DNA from: the human T2T-CHM13v2.0 reference genome, Homo sapiens
Assembly (NCBI RefSeq): GCF_009914755.1
Contig: NC_060928.1
Direction: 5' to 3' (one strand)
DNA: 64,000 nucleotides
Part shown: positions 30,295 to 43,638 of the stretch, one piece after another
Position numbering within the stretch: position 1 is the stretch's first letter
Layout: every line of letters begins with the position of its first letter
The notes under the pieces: model-generated
Database searches by the model: none
What the model saw: the letters and a program-made list of their open reading frames with translations, nothing else
What the model was told of the DNA's origin: nothing
Made by a program: the position numbers and the translations under genes

Positions 30295-30950
30295 ATATAT
30301 ATATGTTTTTGTTGATATGTAATAATTGCACATATTTATGGTATACATGTGGCATACGATACATGCATATTCAATGTGTAGTGATCTAATCAGGGTAATT
30401 AAGATATTCATCACCTCAAACATTTATCATTTATTTGTGTGAGGAACATTCCAAATCTCTTCTGGCTATTTTGAAATATACAACAAATTCTTGTTAACTG
30501 TAGTCACCCTACTATACTATTGAACACTAGAACTTATTCCTTCTATCTAACTGTATTTTTGCACCCATTAACTAACCTCTCTTCATTATTCTCTTCGTTC
30601 TATCTTTCCCAGTCTCTGGTAAGTGTCATTCTAGTCTCTACATCCATGAGATCCACTTATTTTTTAAGCTCCCACATAAGTAAGAACATGCAATATTTGT
30701 CTTTCTGAGCCTGGTTTATTTCACTTATGACCTTATTTCACAATGACCTCGATTTCCATCCATGTTACTGCAAATGACAAAATTTTATTTTATGGCTGAA
30801 TAATAGTCCATTGTGTGTGTGTGTGTGTGTGTGTTTGTGTGTGTGTGCATACATATATACACCACATTTTCTTTATCCATTCATTCATTTATGGGCATTT
30901 AGGTTGATTCCATATTTTGGCTATTGTAAATAGTGCTTCAATAAAGATGA
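30295..30950 (-). mobile_element. L1MA 3'-end fragment containing (TG)n at about 30812-30847
   Basis: tcacctcaaacatttatcatttatttgtgtgaggaacatt and other L1MA 3'UTR motifs. Confidence 0.8.
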
Positions 30951-31013
30951 TAATGAGTTATAGTTTTTCCAAAACAAATACTAGATTTGTAACATTTAAA
31001 ATGCTAATTTTTA

Positions 31014-32759
31014 AAGAATTTTATTATTTACTTATTTTTAACATTTCAATAGATTTAGGAGAACAGGTGGTATTTGGTTACATGTATAAGTTCTTTGGTG
31101 GTGATTTCTGAGGTTTTGGTGCACCCATCACCCAAGCAGTGTACACTGCATCCAATGTGTAGTTTTTCATTCCTCACCCACTTCCCACCCTTTCCCCTGA
31201 ATCCCTGAAGTCCATTGTATCATTCTTATGACTGCGTCCTTGTAGCTTAGCTCCCGCTTATAAGTGAAAACCTACGATGTTTGGTTTTCCATTCCTGAGT
31301 TACTTTACTTAGAATAATGGTCTCTAACTCCATCCATGTTTCGGTGAATGCCATTATTTCATTCCTTTTTATGTGTGAATAGTATTCCATAGTATATATG
31401 TACCACATTTTCTTTATGCACTCATTGATGGGGATTTGGGCTGATTTCATGTTTTTTTGTGAAATTGCGAATTGTGCTGCTATAACATGCATATGCAAGT
31501 ATCTTTTTCGTATAATAACTTCTTTTCCTCTAGGTACATACCCAGTAGTGGGATTGCTGGATCAAATGGTAGGTCTACTTTTAGTTCTTTAAGGAATCTC
31601 CACACTGTTTTCCATAGTGGTTGTACTAGTTTACATTCCCACCAGCAGTGTAGAAGTGTTCCCTTTTCATCGCATCCCTGACAACATCTATTATTTTTTG
31701 GTTTTTTGATTATAGTCATTCTTGCAGGAGTAAGGTAGTATTGCATTGTGATTTTCATTTGCATTTCCCTGATAATTCGTTATTTTGAGCATCTTTTCAT
31801 ATGTTTGTTAGCTATTTGTATATCTTCTTTTGAGAACTGTCTATTCATGTCCTTAGCCCACTTTTTGATGGGATTGGTTTTTTCTTGCTTATTTGTTTGA
31901 CTTCCTTGTAGATTCTGGATATTAGTCCTTTGTTGAATGTATAGATTGTAAAGATTTTCTGCCACTCTGTGGGTTGTCTGTATACTCTGCTGATTATTTC
32001 TTTTGCTATGCAGAAGCCTTTTAGTTAAATTAAGTCCCATCTATTTATCTTTGTTTTGGTTGCATTTGCTTTTGGGTTCTTGGTCATGAAGTCTTTGCCT
32101 AAGTCAATATCTAGAAGAGTTTTCCCAATGTTATCTTCTAGAATTTTTATGGTTTCAGGTCTTAGATTTAAGTCTTTGATCTATCTTGAATTGATTTTTG
32201 TATAAGATGAGAGATGAGGATTCAGTTTCATTCATCTTCATGTGGCTTGCCAATTATCCCAGCACCATTTGTTGAATAGGGTGTCCTTTCCCTACTTTAT
32301 GTTTTTCTTTGCTTCGTTGAAGTTCAGTTGGCTGTAAGTATTTGCCTTTATTTCTGGGTTCTCTATTCTGTTCCATTGGTCTACATGCCTATTTTTTATA
32401 CAAGTACCATGCTGTTTTGGTAACTATCGTCTTGTAGTATACTTTGAAATCAGGTAATGTGATGCCTCCATATTTGTTCTTTTCGCTTAGTCTTGTTTTG
32501 GCTATGCAGGCTCTTTTTTGGTTCCATATGAATTTTGGGATTTTTTTTCTAGTTCTGTGAAGTATTTTGTTGGGAATTGCATTGAATTTGTAGATTGCTT
32601 TTGGCAGTATGGTCATTTTCAAAATACTGATTCTACCCATCCATGAGCATGGGATGGTGTTTCCCTTTGTTTTTGTCATCTATGATTTCCCTCAGCAGTG
32701 TTTTGTAGTTTTCCTTGTAGAGGTCTTTCACCTCCTTGGTTAGGTATATTCCTAAGTAC

Positions 32760-32814
<55 letters not shown>

Positions 32815-34658
32815 CTATTGTAAAATTGATTGAGTTCTTGATTTGATTCTCAGCTTGGTCACTGTTGGTGTATAGCAGAGCTACTGATTTGTGTACATTA
32901 ATTTTGTATCCTGAAACTTTGCTGAATTCATTTATCAGTTCTAGGAGCTTTTTGGATTAGTCTTAGGCTTTTCTAGGTATATGATCATATCATTGGTGAA
33001 CAGTGACAGTTTGACTTACTCTTTACAGATTTGGATGCTCTTCATTTCTTTCTCTTGTCTGATTGCTCTGGCTAGGACTTCAGGTACTATGTTGAATGTA
33101 AGTGGTAAAAGTGGACATCCTTGTCTTGTTCCAGTTCTTGGGGAATGCTTTCAACATTTTCCTGTTCAGTATAATGTTGGCTGTGGGATTTTCATGGATT
33201 GCTTTTCTTACCTTAAGCTTGTCCCTTCTATACTGATTTTGCTAAGGGTTTTAATCACAAAGGGATGCTGGATTTTGTCAAATGCTTTTTCTGCATCTAT
33301 TGAGATGATGTGATTTTTTTTGTTTGTTTTTAATTCTGTTTATATGGTGTATCACATTTATTGACTTGTGGGTGTTAAACCATCCCTGCATCCCTGGTAT
33401 GAAACTCACTTGATCACGGTGGATTATCTTCTTGATATGCTGTTGGATTTGGCTAGACAGTATTTTGTTGAGAATTTTTGCATCTATGTTCATCAGGGAT
33501 ATTGGTCTGTAGTTTTCGTTTTTTGTTATGTTCATTTCTGGTTTTGATATTAGGGTGATACTGGCTCCATAGAATGATTTAGGGAGGAATCTCTATCTTG
33601 TAGCCTAGTGTCAATAGGATTAGTACCGATTCTTCTTTGAATGCCTGATATAATTCAGCTGTGAATCTGTCTGGTCCTGGACATTATTTGTTGGCAATTT
33701 TTTTATTACTATTTCAATGTTGCCACTTGTTATTGGTCTGTTCAGAGTTTTTATTTCTTCCTGGTTTAATCTAGGAGGGTTGTATTCTTCCAGGAATTTA
33801 TCCATCTCCTCCAGGATTTTTAGTTTGTGTGCATAAAGGTGTTCATAGTAGCCTTGAATGATCTTTTGTATTTCTGTGGTATTGGTTGTAAGGCTCCTGT
33901 TTTGTTTCTAATTGAACCTATTTGGGTCTTTTCTCTTCTTTCTTGTTAATCTCACTAAGGGTTTGTCAATTTCATTTATCTTTTCAAAGAACAAGCCTTT
34001 TATTATCTTTTGTTTCGTTTCATTTTTATTTAGTTTTGCTCTGATCTTGGTTATTTCTTTTTTTCCACTGGGTTTGGGTTTAGTTTGTTCTTTTTTCTTT
34101 AGTTCCTTGAGGTGTGACCTTAGATTGTCTATTTGTACTCTTTCAGACTTCTGATAAGGCTATGAACTTTCCTCTTAGCACTTACTTTTGCTGTATCCCA
34201 GAGGTTTTGATAGTTTCTGTCACTATTATTGTTTAGTTTAAATAATTTTTTAATTTCCATTTTGATTTCATTTTTGACCCAAAGATCATTCAGGAGCAGG
34301 TTGTTTAATTTTCATGTATTTGCATGGTTTTAAGAGTTCCTTTGGAGTTGATTTTCAATTTTATTCCACTGTGGTCTGAGAGAGTAATTGATATCATTTC
34401 AGTTTTCTTAAATGTATTGAGACTTGTTTTGTGGCCTATCATATGTTCTATCTTGGAGTATGTTCCATGTGCTAATTAATAGGATGTATATTCTGCAATT
34501 GTTGGGTAGAATCCTCTGTAAATATCTGTTAAGTCCATTTGTTGTAGGGTGTAATTTGAGTTCATTGTTTCTTTGTTGACTTTCTATCTTGATGACTTGT
34601 CCAATGCTGTCAGTGGAATATTGAAACCCCCCACTATTATTGTGTTGCTGTCTATCTC
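31014..34658 (-). mobile_element. 5'-truncated L1PB1-like LINE-1 (about 3.6 kb)
   Basis: L1PB-type 3' end (ggagaacaggtggtatttggttacatg...gtgcacccatcacccaagcag). ORF2 fragments in the track ([14 protein letters not shown]; [15 protein letters not shown]). TSD ttaaaatgctaa(t/c)tttta at 30996-31013 and 34659-34676. Confidence 0.9.
32762..32812. repeat. (TG)n microsatellite, about 25 units, inside the L1PB1
   Basis: Uninterrupted TG run. Confidence 0.97.
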
Positions 34659-35689
34659 TTAAAATGCTAACTTTTATTTTAGCTATAAAATATATTTTAG
34701 AATATTCACACAATAGGGATTAAAAAAATTTAAAGCCTGATTCTTGCTCCTGTCACATTTCCTTACAAATATAATTCCTATTAAAAATAACAAAACAATG
34801 GGATCTGTAAAATAATTTCATAGTCTCTAGATTTTACACAAATCTTTATAAAACAATTAAGCTGCCTGAACATTTGCCATGGTTTCAAATACATCAGGAA
34901 TAATGTAAAAATACAGAAAAAAATAAAGTATCTGAAATGTCTACTGTTACTCTAGTTGTTATCAGTATCCCATATGGTCACATCAAGTGCCTTTCACAAA
35001 GTATCTGAGCCGTCAGAGCCAATTTGGCTCATTTGGTGGATAGAATAGATTCAGTCATATTTTTAGCCACTAAAGCAGATATGGAGAAAAGAAGAAAAAT
35101 ATTGTCCTAGTGGCAGTTACAGTTACAGAAACTTGATTGCTTTCATGATTTCCAGGGAATAATTGAATTGTTTAGGACATGTTTTATGTAAAAATAGGTT
35201 GTCTACACATGAGTAAGATTAATATACTGCATTAAATAGGAATAATATATGCACAAGAGAGAACCTGAAATTTTACCCCCCTAACCATTTAAGGACTCTG
35301 TGTGTGTGTGTGTGTGTATGTGTATATGTGTATATGTAAATGAATTTTTGCTAACTTAGCAGTTCAAGGTACTTAATTTTAATACTGTTTGCAGTATACT
35401 GTATTTGACATAAGTTTTCAGTTCAGCGTTTCATATATTATGAGCAATCATGAACTACTTAATGGGCTTTCAGCTCATATAGGAAACAAGGTGAATTAAA
35501 AAATTTTAACACAATTTAAAAGCAATAAAATCAGGCAAGTTAAAAATATTGTTGATAATAATAGTTTTATGTCAGTTAAAAAGGTTATGCTGCTTTTAAT
35601 CAAGCAAAATGTCTACTTCTGCTTGATGAGCCATAGCCAGAATTTAAAGCTATTCCAGTTGAAAATTTTCATTAGTGAAGTCTCTCCTC

Positions 35690-36100
35690 AATAATGGTGC
35701 ATAGCAATCAGATCATCTCAGTGTGATACCAAAGTAAGCCTTTCTTTTGCTCACAAGTTTGTGCATCTGCATCTGCTTCAGGTGCTAGTCTTCCTGTGAG
35801 CTGAGATTGCTCTTCTGATGTGTCCCTCATTTTTTGATCAACAGGTTAGTGTGACAATTTTCTCCTTGTGAAGATGGCAGAGATGCAAAGAAGACAGTCT
35901 GACCCAGGCAAGCACATATCACACTCTTACTTGTGTCATGCCTGCTGATATCTCACTGACCAAAACAAATCACATAGTCAAGCCCCAAACTAAGGGCTAA
36001 GAATATATTATCCAGCCTCCTCCCCCAGTTATGATGTCACGGCAAGGGTGTTGGATGTGAGAGAAGTGAAGTATTGTGGCCAATAAATCAATGTACCAGG
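35690..36100 (-). mobile_element. Old MLT1 (H-K-like) MaLR LTR
   Basis: ctgctgatatctcactgaccaaaacaaatcacatagtcaagcccc is typical of old MLT1 LTRs. Confidence 0.55.
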
Positions 36101-37687
36101 CACAGTTTTTCTTACTCCATATTACTAGAAAATTAGAAAAATTAACTTAGAAGGACACAATTTATGGCAGAAATTGACTGTCAAGTTGTTTTCTATACCT
36201 GAATGGAAACTTTCAGTTCTATGCTAAGTGACTAGACAATGAGTATATCACTCACACCTGAACTCTGTTCTTTTTTTTTTTTTTTTTAAATTTACAGGAT
36301 AATAGTAAAGTGCTTCCTAACCCAGAGCTGAATGTATTTGACTCTGGAAAGCATTTTATAATGTTTTTAGAAGCATTTTGAAGGCATTTTAAAAATATGC
36401 ACAATAACATGTCATTTGTTATTTTTTCTGATGAATAAATACTTTTCTTTTTAGTCTAGCCTTCTTATCATATCTTAGCCTCAATATTATTATTTTTTCT
36501 ACTCAGAGGTTATAAATTTTAGGCTCTTCAAGATACGGAATTCATTACTGATATACGTACCCTGGTGTTAATGGCTGGTGGAGAACTGTTTGATTCTCTT
36601 ATTGCCCAACCTGTGTGCACACTTTTTCTCTCAATGACCAGCAGGACCTGGCAGAAGAAAGCAGGATTGCACATTACTATTTTTTTTAATTTTTTATTAG
36701 GCAGCCTTAAAATACTTATGCTTAGGGGCACAATATAACTGCATTCACTTTTTCACCATTTCTTTCAATGTTGAATCAAGATTAGGAGGCAAAATCAACT
36801 GTTGTCTATGATTAATGGAGTGTAGTAATTGGCATTAAGAAGCAAGCTTTTTAATTTGATTAGCTACACTGTTTATTGCTGCATTCATATATGCTACTCT
36901 GTTAGTAGCAATCACGACATATTTTATCTTTTTCTATTTTATTTTAATATGCAAAGTAATCATTAACCAATGTAAAAAGTATTTCGTCTACTGTATCATG
37001 AGTTTTCAGCAACAAAAAAACCCCCACAGTTTTCTCATAAATGCCTACTGCATATGTGAAGAAATGGTTTAAGCTTTGCTTATGTGAATGGCTTTATCCA
37101 GCTCTAAAGTGAAATGTCTTCTAGCATGCATGTGGGGTGTACTTTCCATTAAGTGTTATTCCATATTGCCATTCAGCAAGGGAATTTTGCCAGTAATTGT
37201 GTTTTCTTTCTGACCAGATTCATCATGTAATTGGTATCATATAGTACTTGTCCTTCTGTGTCTGGTTCCTTTTGCTTAGCATAATGTCCACCAGATTATT
37301 CTAAGTTGCCACAAATGGCAGGATTTTCTTCCTTTTTAAAGGCTGAATAATATCCCATTATATGAACATACAACATTTTATTTATCCGTTCATCTGTTGG
37401 TGGGAATTTAGGTTGCTTCCATATCTTGGCTATTGTGAATAGTGCTGCAGTGAACATGGGAGTGTGGCTATCTCTTTGAAATCCTGATTTCAATTCCTTT
37501 GAAAATATATCCAGAAGTAGGATTGCTGGATCATATATTTCTATTTTGAATTTTTTGAGGGACCTTTACAGTATTTTTCTGTAGAAACAATTTATACCTC
37601 CACTAACAGTGTAAAAACGTTCTTTGTATCGTCTGCCTCTTGCCAACATTTATATATTGTTGGTAGGATAGCTATTTAAAAAAAAAT

Positions 37688-38064
37688 TATATATATGTGT
37701 ATATTATATATACATATATTATTATTATATGTATATTATATATTATATGTGTATACACGTGTATACATATATATGTGTATACATGTGTACACGTGTATAC
37801 GTACATGCATACACGCGTGTATACGTACATGCATACACGCGTGTATATATGTATACACACGTGTGTATATATGTATACGTATATACACATATATACATGT
37901 ATACACATGTATATATACATATACATGTATTATATATGTATATATACATATACATGTATTATATATGTATATATACATATATACATATGTATATATTATA
38001 TGTATACATATATATGTATATATACATATAAATTATATATGTATATATGTGTATATATATATAT
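37688..38064. repeat. Complex alternating purine-pyrimidine microsatellite (TA/CA/TG/CG)
   Basis: About 375 bp of near-continuous RY alternation. Confidence 0.96.
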
Positions 38065-38249
38065 AATTTTTTTTTGAAAATAGCTATCCTACCAGGTGTG
38101 AAGTAGTATCTCATTGTGGCTTCTATTTGCATTTCTCCAATGACTAGTGATATTAAGCAGTTTTTCATTACCTATTGGCCCCATTACCTATTGGCCATAG
38201 ACTAAATGTCTATTTAAGTTCTTAGTCTATTTTTAAAATTGGGTTTTCT

Positions 38250-38618
<369 letters not shown>

Positions 38619-38686
38619 TCAGTATTAACTCTTTGTCAGATATATGGTTTGCAAATATTTTCTCTAATTCCATAGGTTGCTTTTTC

Positions 38687-39645
38687 TTGAATTTTTTGTC
38701 AGTTTGTACATCTCCATCTCTTTAGGGTTAGTCCCTGGTACTTTAGTTTGTCCCTTTGATAATGTCATGTTTCCCTGAATATTCTTTATCTTTGCTGTAT
38801 GTCTTGGTGTCTGTGTATCTGAAGAAACAGGTATTTATTCCAGTCTTCACAGACTGGCTTTGTCTGGGGAAGTTCAACAGTTAGCCTGTCCAGGGATTCT
38901 GGGCAGACTGTCTCTTGTGGACCATGGGCAGGCTTGCTGCTGGAGCCCTTGGGCTAGCTGGTCAGCCGCCGTCTGGGTCAGCAGGTGAGTGGGCTCAAAG
39001 CATAGGACTCCTGGGGCTGAGCTGGCAGTGGAGCAAGCCTTAAGTCTGGGTCTGCTGGAGCCAGGCTGATGGTGAGGTGGGCTTGAAGCTTGGGGCCATT
39101 GGGCCTAAGATGGCAGTGGGGTAGACCCAAAACCTGCTTCTGCTGAGACTGCCGTGGAGCTGAGGCAGGCCCAGCAGTGATGTGGCCTGGAGACTGAGTC
39201 TGCCACACAGGCCTGAAACCTGGGCTGTAGGGTCTGGCCTGGTATGAGGGAAGATTTGGAGGCTGAGTCTGCAGGTATCAGCCTGGAGTCTGGGGCTGTG
39301 AAAGCTTTCCTGATGCTGGGTTTTTCTGTGGCAGGCCTAGATTTGGGGTCCGAGGCAAACTCCTCTGCTCACTTCCCTGTTTTTCCCCTGAGTGGAGGTT
39401 TTTTTCTCTACATGCTCTGCTGCCTGGGATTGAGGGAGAGGTGACATTGGTAATGTAAAGCTGTCTTTCCCACCCTCTTCAGTGCATCTTTTCTCATTTC
39501 TATGCTATACCCAGTACTGTGATCTCTTACCTGGTTTGCTTAGCTATTGTAAAAGATTTTCATGCATGGATAGCTGTTTAAATTGATGTTTTGGCAGAGG
39601 AATGATCATTAAGAAGTCCTATTGTACCATCTTGCTCTGCCTCTT
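38687..39645 (-). mobile_element. L1M-type 5'UTR plus start-of-ORF1 segment
   Basis: Minus-strand 5' end GAGGCAGAGCAAGATGG. GC-rich repetitive UTR. ttccagtcttcacagactggctttgtctggg is typical of old L1M 5' ends. Confidence 0.65.
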
Positions 39646-39811
39646 TCATGTTGCCTTTTCATATTATTGATTAGTTCCTTTGCTGTACAGAAGCTTTTTA
39701 GTTTGATGTAATACCACTTGTGTATTTTTGTTTTCATTCCTTGTGCTTTTGGTGTCATGTCTAAGAAATCATTGCCAGGGCCAATATCCAGAAGGTTTTT
39801 CTCTGTTTTCT

Positions 39812-40137
39812 GCCTCCCTCCCTCCCTGCCTCTTTTCTCTTTTTTCTTTTCCCTTCCCTTCCCTTCCCCTTTCCCTTTCCTTTTCCCTTTCCTTTTCCCT
39901 TTCCCTTCCCTTTGCCTTTCCCTTCCCTTTTCCCTTCCCTTTTTCCTTTCCTCTTCCCTTTTTCCTTTCCTCTTCCCTTTTTCCTTTCTCCTTTCCTCTT
40001 CCCTTTTTCTCTTCCCTTCCTCCCTTCCCTTCCCTTCCCTCCTTTCCTTTCTTCCTTTCCTTTCCTTCCCTTCCCTTCCCTTTCCCTTTCCCTTCCCTTC
40101 CCTTTCCTTCTTTTTCTTTCCTTCCTTATTCCTTCTT
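39812..40137. repeat. Polypyrimidine (TTCCC/TTTCC)n tract
   Basis: About 325 bp with almost no purines on the plus strand. Confidence 0.96.
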
Positions 40138-40250
40138 TGAGATGGGGTCTTGCTATGTTGCCCAGACTACTCTTGACCTCTTGGACACCAGTGAACTTCC
40201 TGCCTCACCCTCCCAAGTAGCTTGGATTACAGGCACATACCATTGCATCC
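40138..40250 (-). mobile_element. FLAM / Alu left monomer
   Basis: gagatggggtcttgctatgttgcccag...tcccaagtagcttggattacaggc, a single monomer. Confidence 0.8.
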
Positions 40251-41330
40251 TATGTTTTATTTGAGAAGTTTCATAATTTCAGGATTTATGTTTAAATCTT
40301 TAATCAGTTTTGAGTTGATTTTGTATATGGTGCAAAATAAGAGACCAATTTTATTCTTTTGCATGTATATGTCTAATTTACCCAACCTCATTTATTAAAG
40401 AGACTTTTTTTTTCTCATTGTGTATTCTTGGCACTCTTTTTGAAGATCAGTTCACTGTACATGTGTGAGTTTATTTTTGGGCTTTCTGTTCTGTTCCATT
40501 GGTCGATCTGTCTGTTTTTATGACAGTACCATGCTGTTTTGATTATTATAGCTTTGTAGTAGACTTTAAGACCAAGGAGCATGATGGTTCCAATTATATT
40601 CTGGTTCAAAATTGCTTTGGCTGGTTAGGATCTTTTCTGTTTTTTTTTTTTTTTTTTTTTTTTAATGAATTTTAGCATTATTTTTCTTATTATGTAAAAA
40701 TTCTATTGGGATTTTAATAGGAATGCATTGAATCTGTAGATAACAGAATCTACAGGGTAGTGGATAGTGTGGACATTTTAACAATATCAATCCTTTCAAT
40801 GAACATAGGAATGTCCTTCAATTTAATTACATCTGCTTTAATTTCTTTTTTCAATGTTTTGTAGTTTTCAGTAGAGATTTTTTACTTCCTTGGTTGAGTT
40901 TGCTTCTAAGTATTTTAAAAATTTTGTAAATGGAATTGTTTTCTTAATTTCCTTTTTGGATAGTTCATTGTCAGTGTATAGAAATGCAACTGATTTTTGT
41001 ATGTTGATTTTGTATCTTGCAACTTTCCTGAAAATTCATATTAGTTTTAACAGTTTTTTTTTTGTGGGGTCTTCTGGGTTTTCTACATGTAAAACATGTC
41101 ATCTGCAAACAGATAATTTTATTTCTTCCATTTGATTTGCATGCCTTTTATTTCTTTTCCTACCTAATTGGTCTGGCTAAAATTTTTAGGGCTATGTTGA
41201 ATAGAAATGGCAATAGTGGGCATCCTTGCCTTGATCCAGATTTTAGAAGAAAAGTTTTCAGTTTTTCACCATTGAGTATGACGTAGCTGGGGCTTTCATA
41301 TATAGTCTTTATTCTGTTGAGGTATGTTCC

Positions 41331-41629
<299 letters not shown>

Positions 41630-42930
41630 TAAGTTTTTATACCAAATATATTAAGTGTTTTTTATGATAAAATGGTATAAAATTTTTGCCAAATGCTTTT
41701 TCTGCATCTATTGTAATGATTGTGCCATTTTTTTCCCTTCATTTTGGTAATGTCATTTATCACATTAATTGATTTCAATGTGTTGACCATGCATCCCAAG
41801 GATAAATCTTACTTGATCATGGTGTATAATTATTTTAATATGCTGTTAAATGTGGTTTGCTAATATTTTTTGAGGAATTTTCCAGTCATGTTCAGCAAAG
41901 ATATTGGCCTGTAGTTTTCTTTGTTTGTGATATCTTTGTCTGGCTTTGGTGCTGGCCTCATAAACCAAGTTTGGAAGTACTCTTTCTTCTCCATTTTTCG
42001 AAAAGTTTAAGAAGGATTTCATTGATTCTTCTTTAGATGTTTAGTAGGATTCACCAGTGAAACTTTCTTGTCCTAGGCTTTTCTTTCTTGAGAAATTTTT
42101 GAATACTGATCTTTTTTGTTATATTTTATTTTTCCTTTTTTTTATTGGTCTGCTCAGGCTTTCTATTTCTTATTGATTCATTCTTGGTAGGTTGTTTCTA
42201 GAAATTTGTTTCTTCTTGGTTGATAAGCTTGTTGGTGTATAATTGATTATAACAATCCCTTACTATCCTTTTATTTTGGTAGCATTGATTATGGACTTAC
42301 TTATTTGAGCCTTCTTCCTTTTTCTTAGTCTAGCTAAGGTTTTATTTATTATATTTGTCTTTTCAAAAGACAAACAATTATGCTGTTCCTTGTGTTGTTT
42401 TTCCATTCTCTATTTCATTTATTTCTGCTTTACTGTTTATTATATTCTTCCTTCTGCTACCCTTGGGCATAGTTTCTTCTTATTTTTCTCATTCCTTGAG
42501 GTGTAATGTTAGGGTATTTATTTGAGATTTCTTCTTTTTTAATGCAGGCATTTATTGTTATAAACTTCCCTCTCAGTACTGCTTTTGCTAGATCCCATTA
42601 GTTTTATTATGCTACATTTCATTTTTATGTGTCTTGAAATATTTTCTAATTTCTCTTTTCATATATTCTTTGACCCAGTTGTTTTTGTGAATTTTTCTGT
42701 TTTCCTTTTGTTATTGGTTTCTAGTTTTATTCCACTGGGTTCAGAAAAGTTATTTGGATAAATTCAATCTTAAGTATGTAAGATAGGTTTGTTACCACCT
42801 AGCATGTGATCTGTCCTGGTGAATGTTCCATGTGTGCTTGAGAAGAATGTGTATTTTGTTGCTGTTGGTGGAATGTTCTGTTTGTTATGTCCATTTGGTC
42901 TATAGTGTTATTCAAGTTTGCTGTTTCCTT

Positions 42931-43638
42931 TGTCAACTGAACAATGACAAGGTTCAGAAATTTCAAAAGGAGAGCTTTATTTCTCATAAAGGGCTACAGC
43001 CTGCAGGGTGGCCATTCTTACAGGCTAGGAAGCATAGCCTCTAGTCAGAAGCCAGAAACAGATCCTTCAAAGGTAGAAAGAATAACACAGGGCTTTATGC
43101 TGAATGTGGTAGCCAAATATACATATTTAATAAGCTATAGGAGTAGTCATGAGTATTTATGAAAGGAGAAATATGCATGTACAGTTGAGCTTCAGGCCCC
43201 TCCCTGGGACCCATGTTCAAAAAGTAGCAGTGTTAGCATGATGCAAGCATGAAAATTTTGGCCCTCTGATGCCAAAAGGTAAAGCAGAAGACATGAAAAC
43301 CTTCACTGTGCAATGTGCATAGACTGGCCAGAATCACTCTGTGGTCAGTGGTCTTTTAGCAGGAACAAGTGCTGGTTAAAACTTCAAAAGAGAGGAGCGG
43401 CGTCAGGCAGCCCTTGATACCGGGGTAGAGTGAGTTCTTTCAAAAAGCTGGTTGCTGTTTAGCCCTTAGGAAAGAGAGCCTAATGGTGTTCAGAGAGGGA
43501 GAGGGTAGAATGAGGCATGTCCCATCTCCTATTCTCTCATGTTAAGAATTCAGTTTTCATGATTTATATTAGGACTCCTTAGTTAAGTGGGGGTCCATTC
43601 AGTTGGTTGGGGGCTTAGGATTTTATTTTTATTTCTCA
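42931..43638 (-). mobile_element. MER4-group ERV1 solo LTR (MER72-like)
   Basis: TG...CA termini. Minus strand starts TGAGAAATAAAAATAAAATCCTAAGCCCC. Imperfect TSD cctt/tctt. Interrupts the L1M. Confidence 0.7.

Noticed and set aside
36523-36738. Plus-strand 71-codon frame containing LVLMAGGELFDSLI, reminiscent of CaMK-family kinase subdomain V
   Set aside because: No other kinase motifs (HRD, DFG, VAIK) in frame or nearby, no convincing donor site, and the frame runs into a T-tract. Probably chance; a BLASTP would settle it.
37687-38077. Y/I/C/V/H-rich ORFs on both strands
   Set aside because: Translation of the RY microsatellite.
39718-40264. F/P/S/L-rich ORFs of 100-178 aa
   Set aside because: Translation of the polypyrimidine tract plus the Alu monomer.
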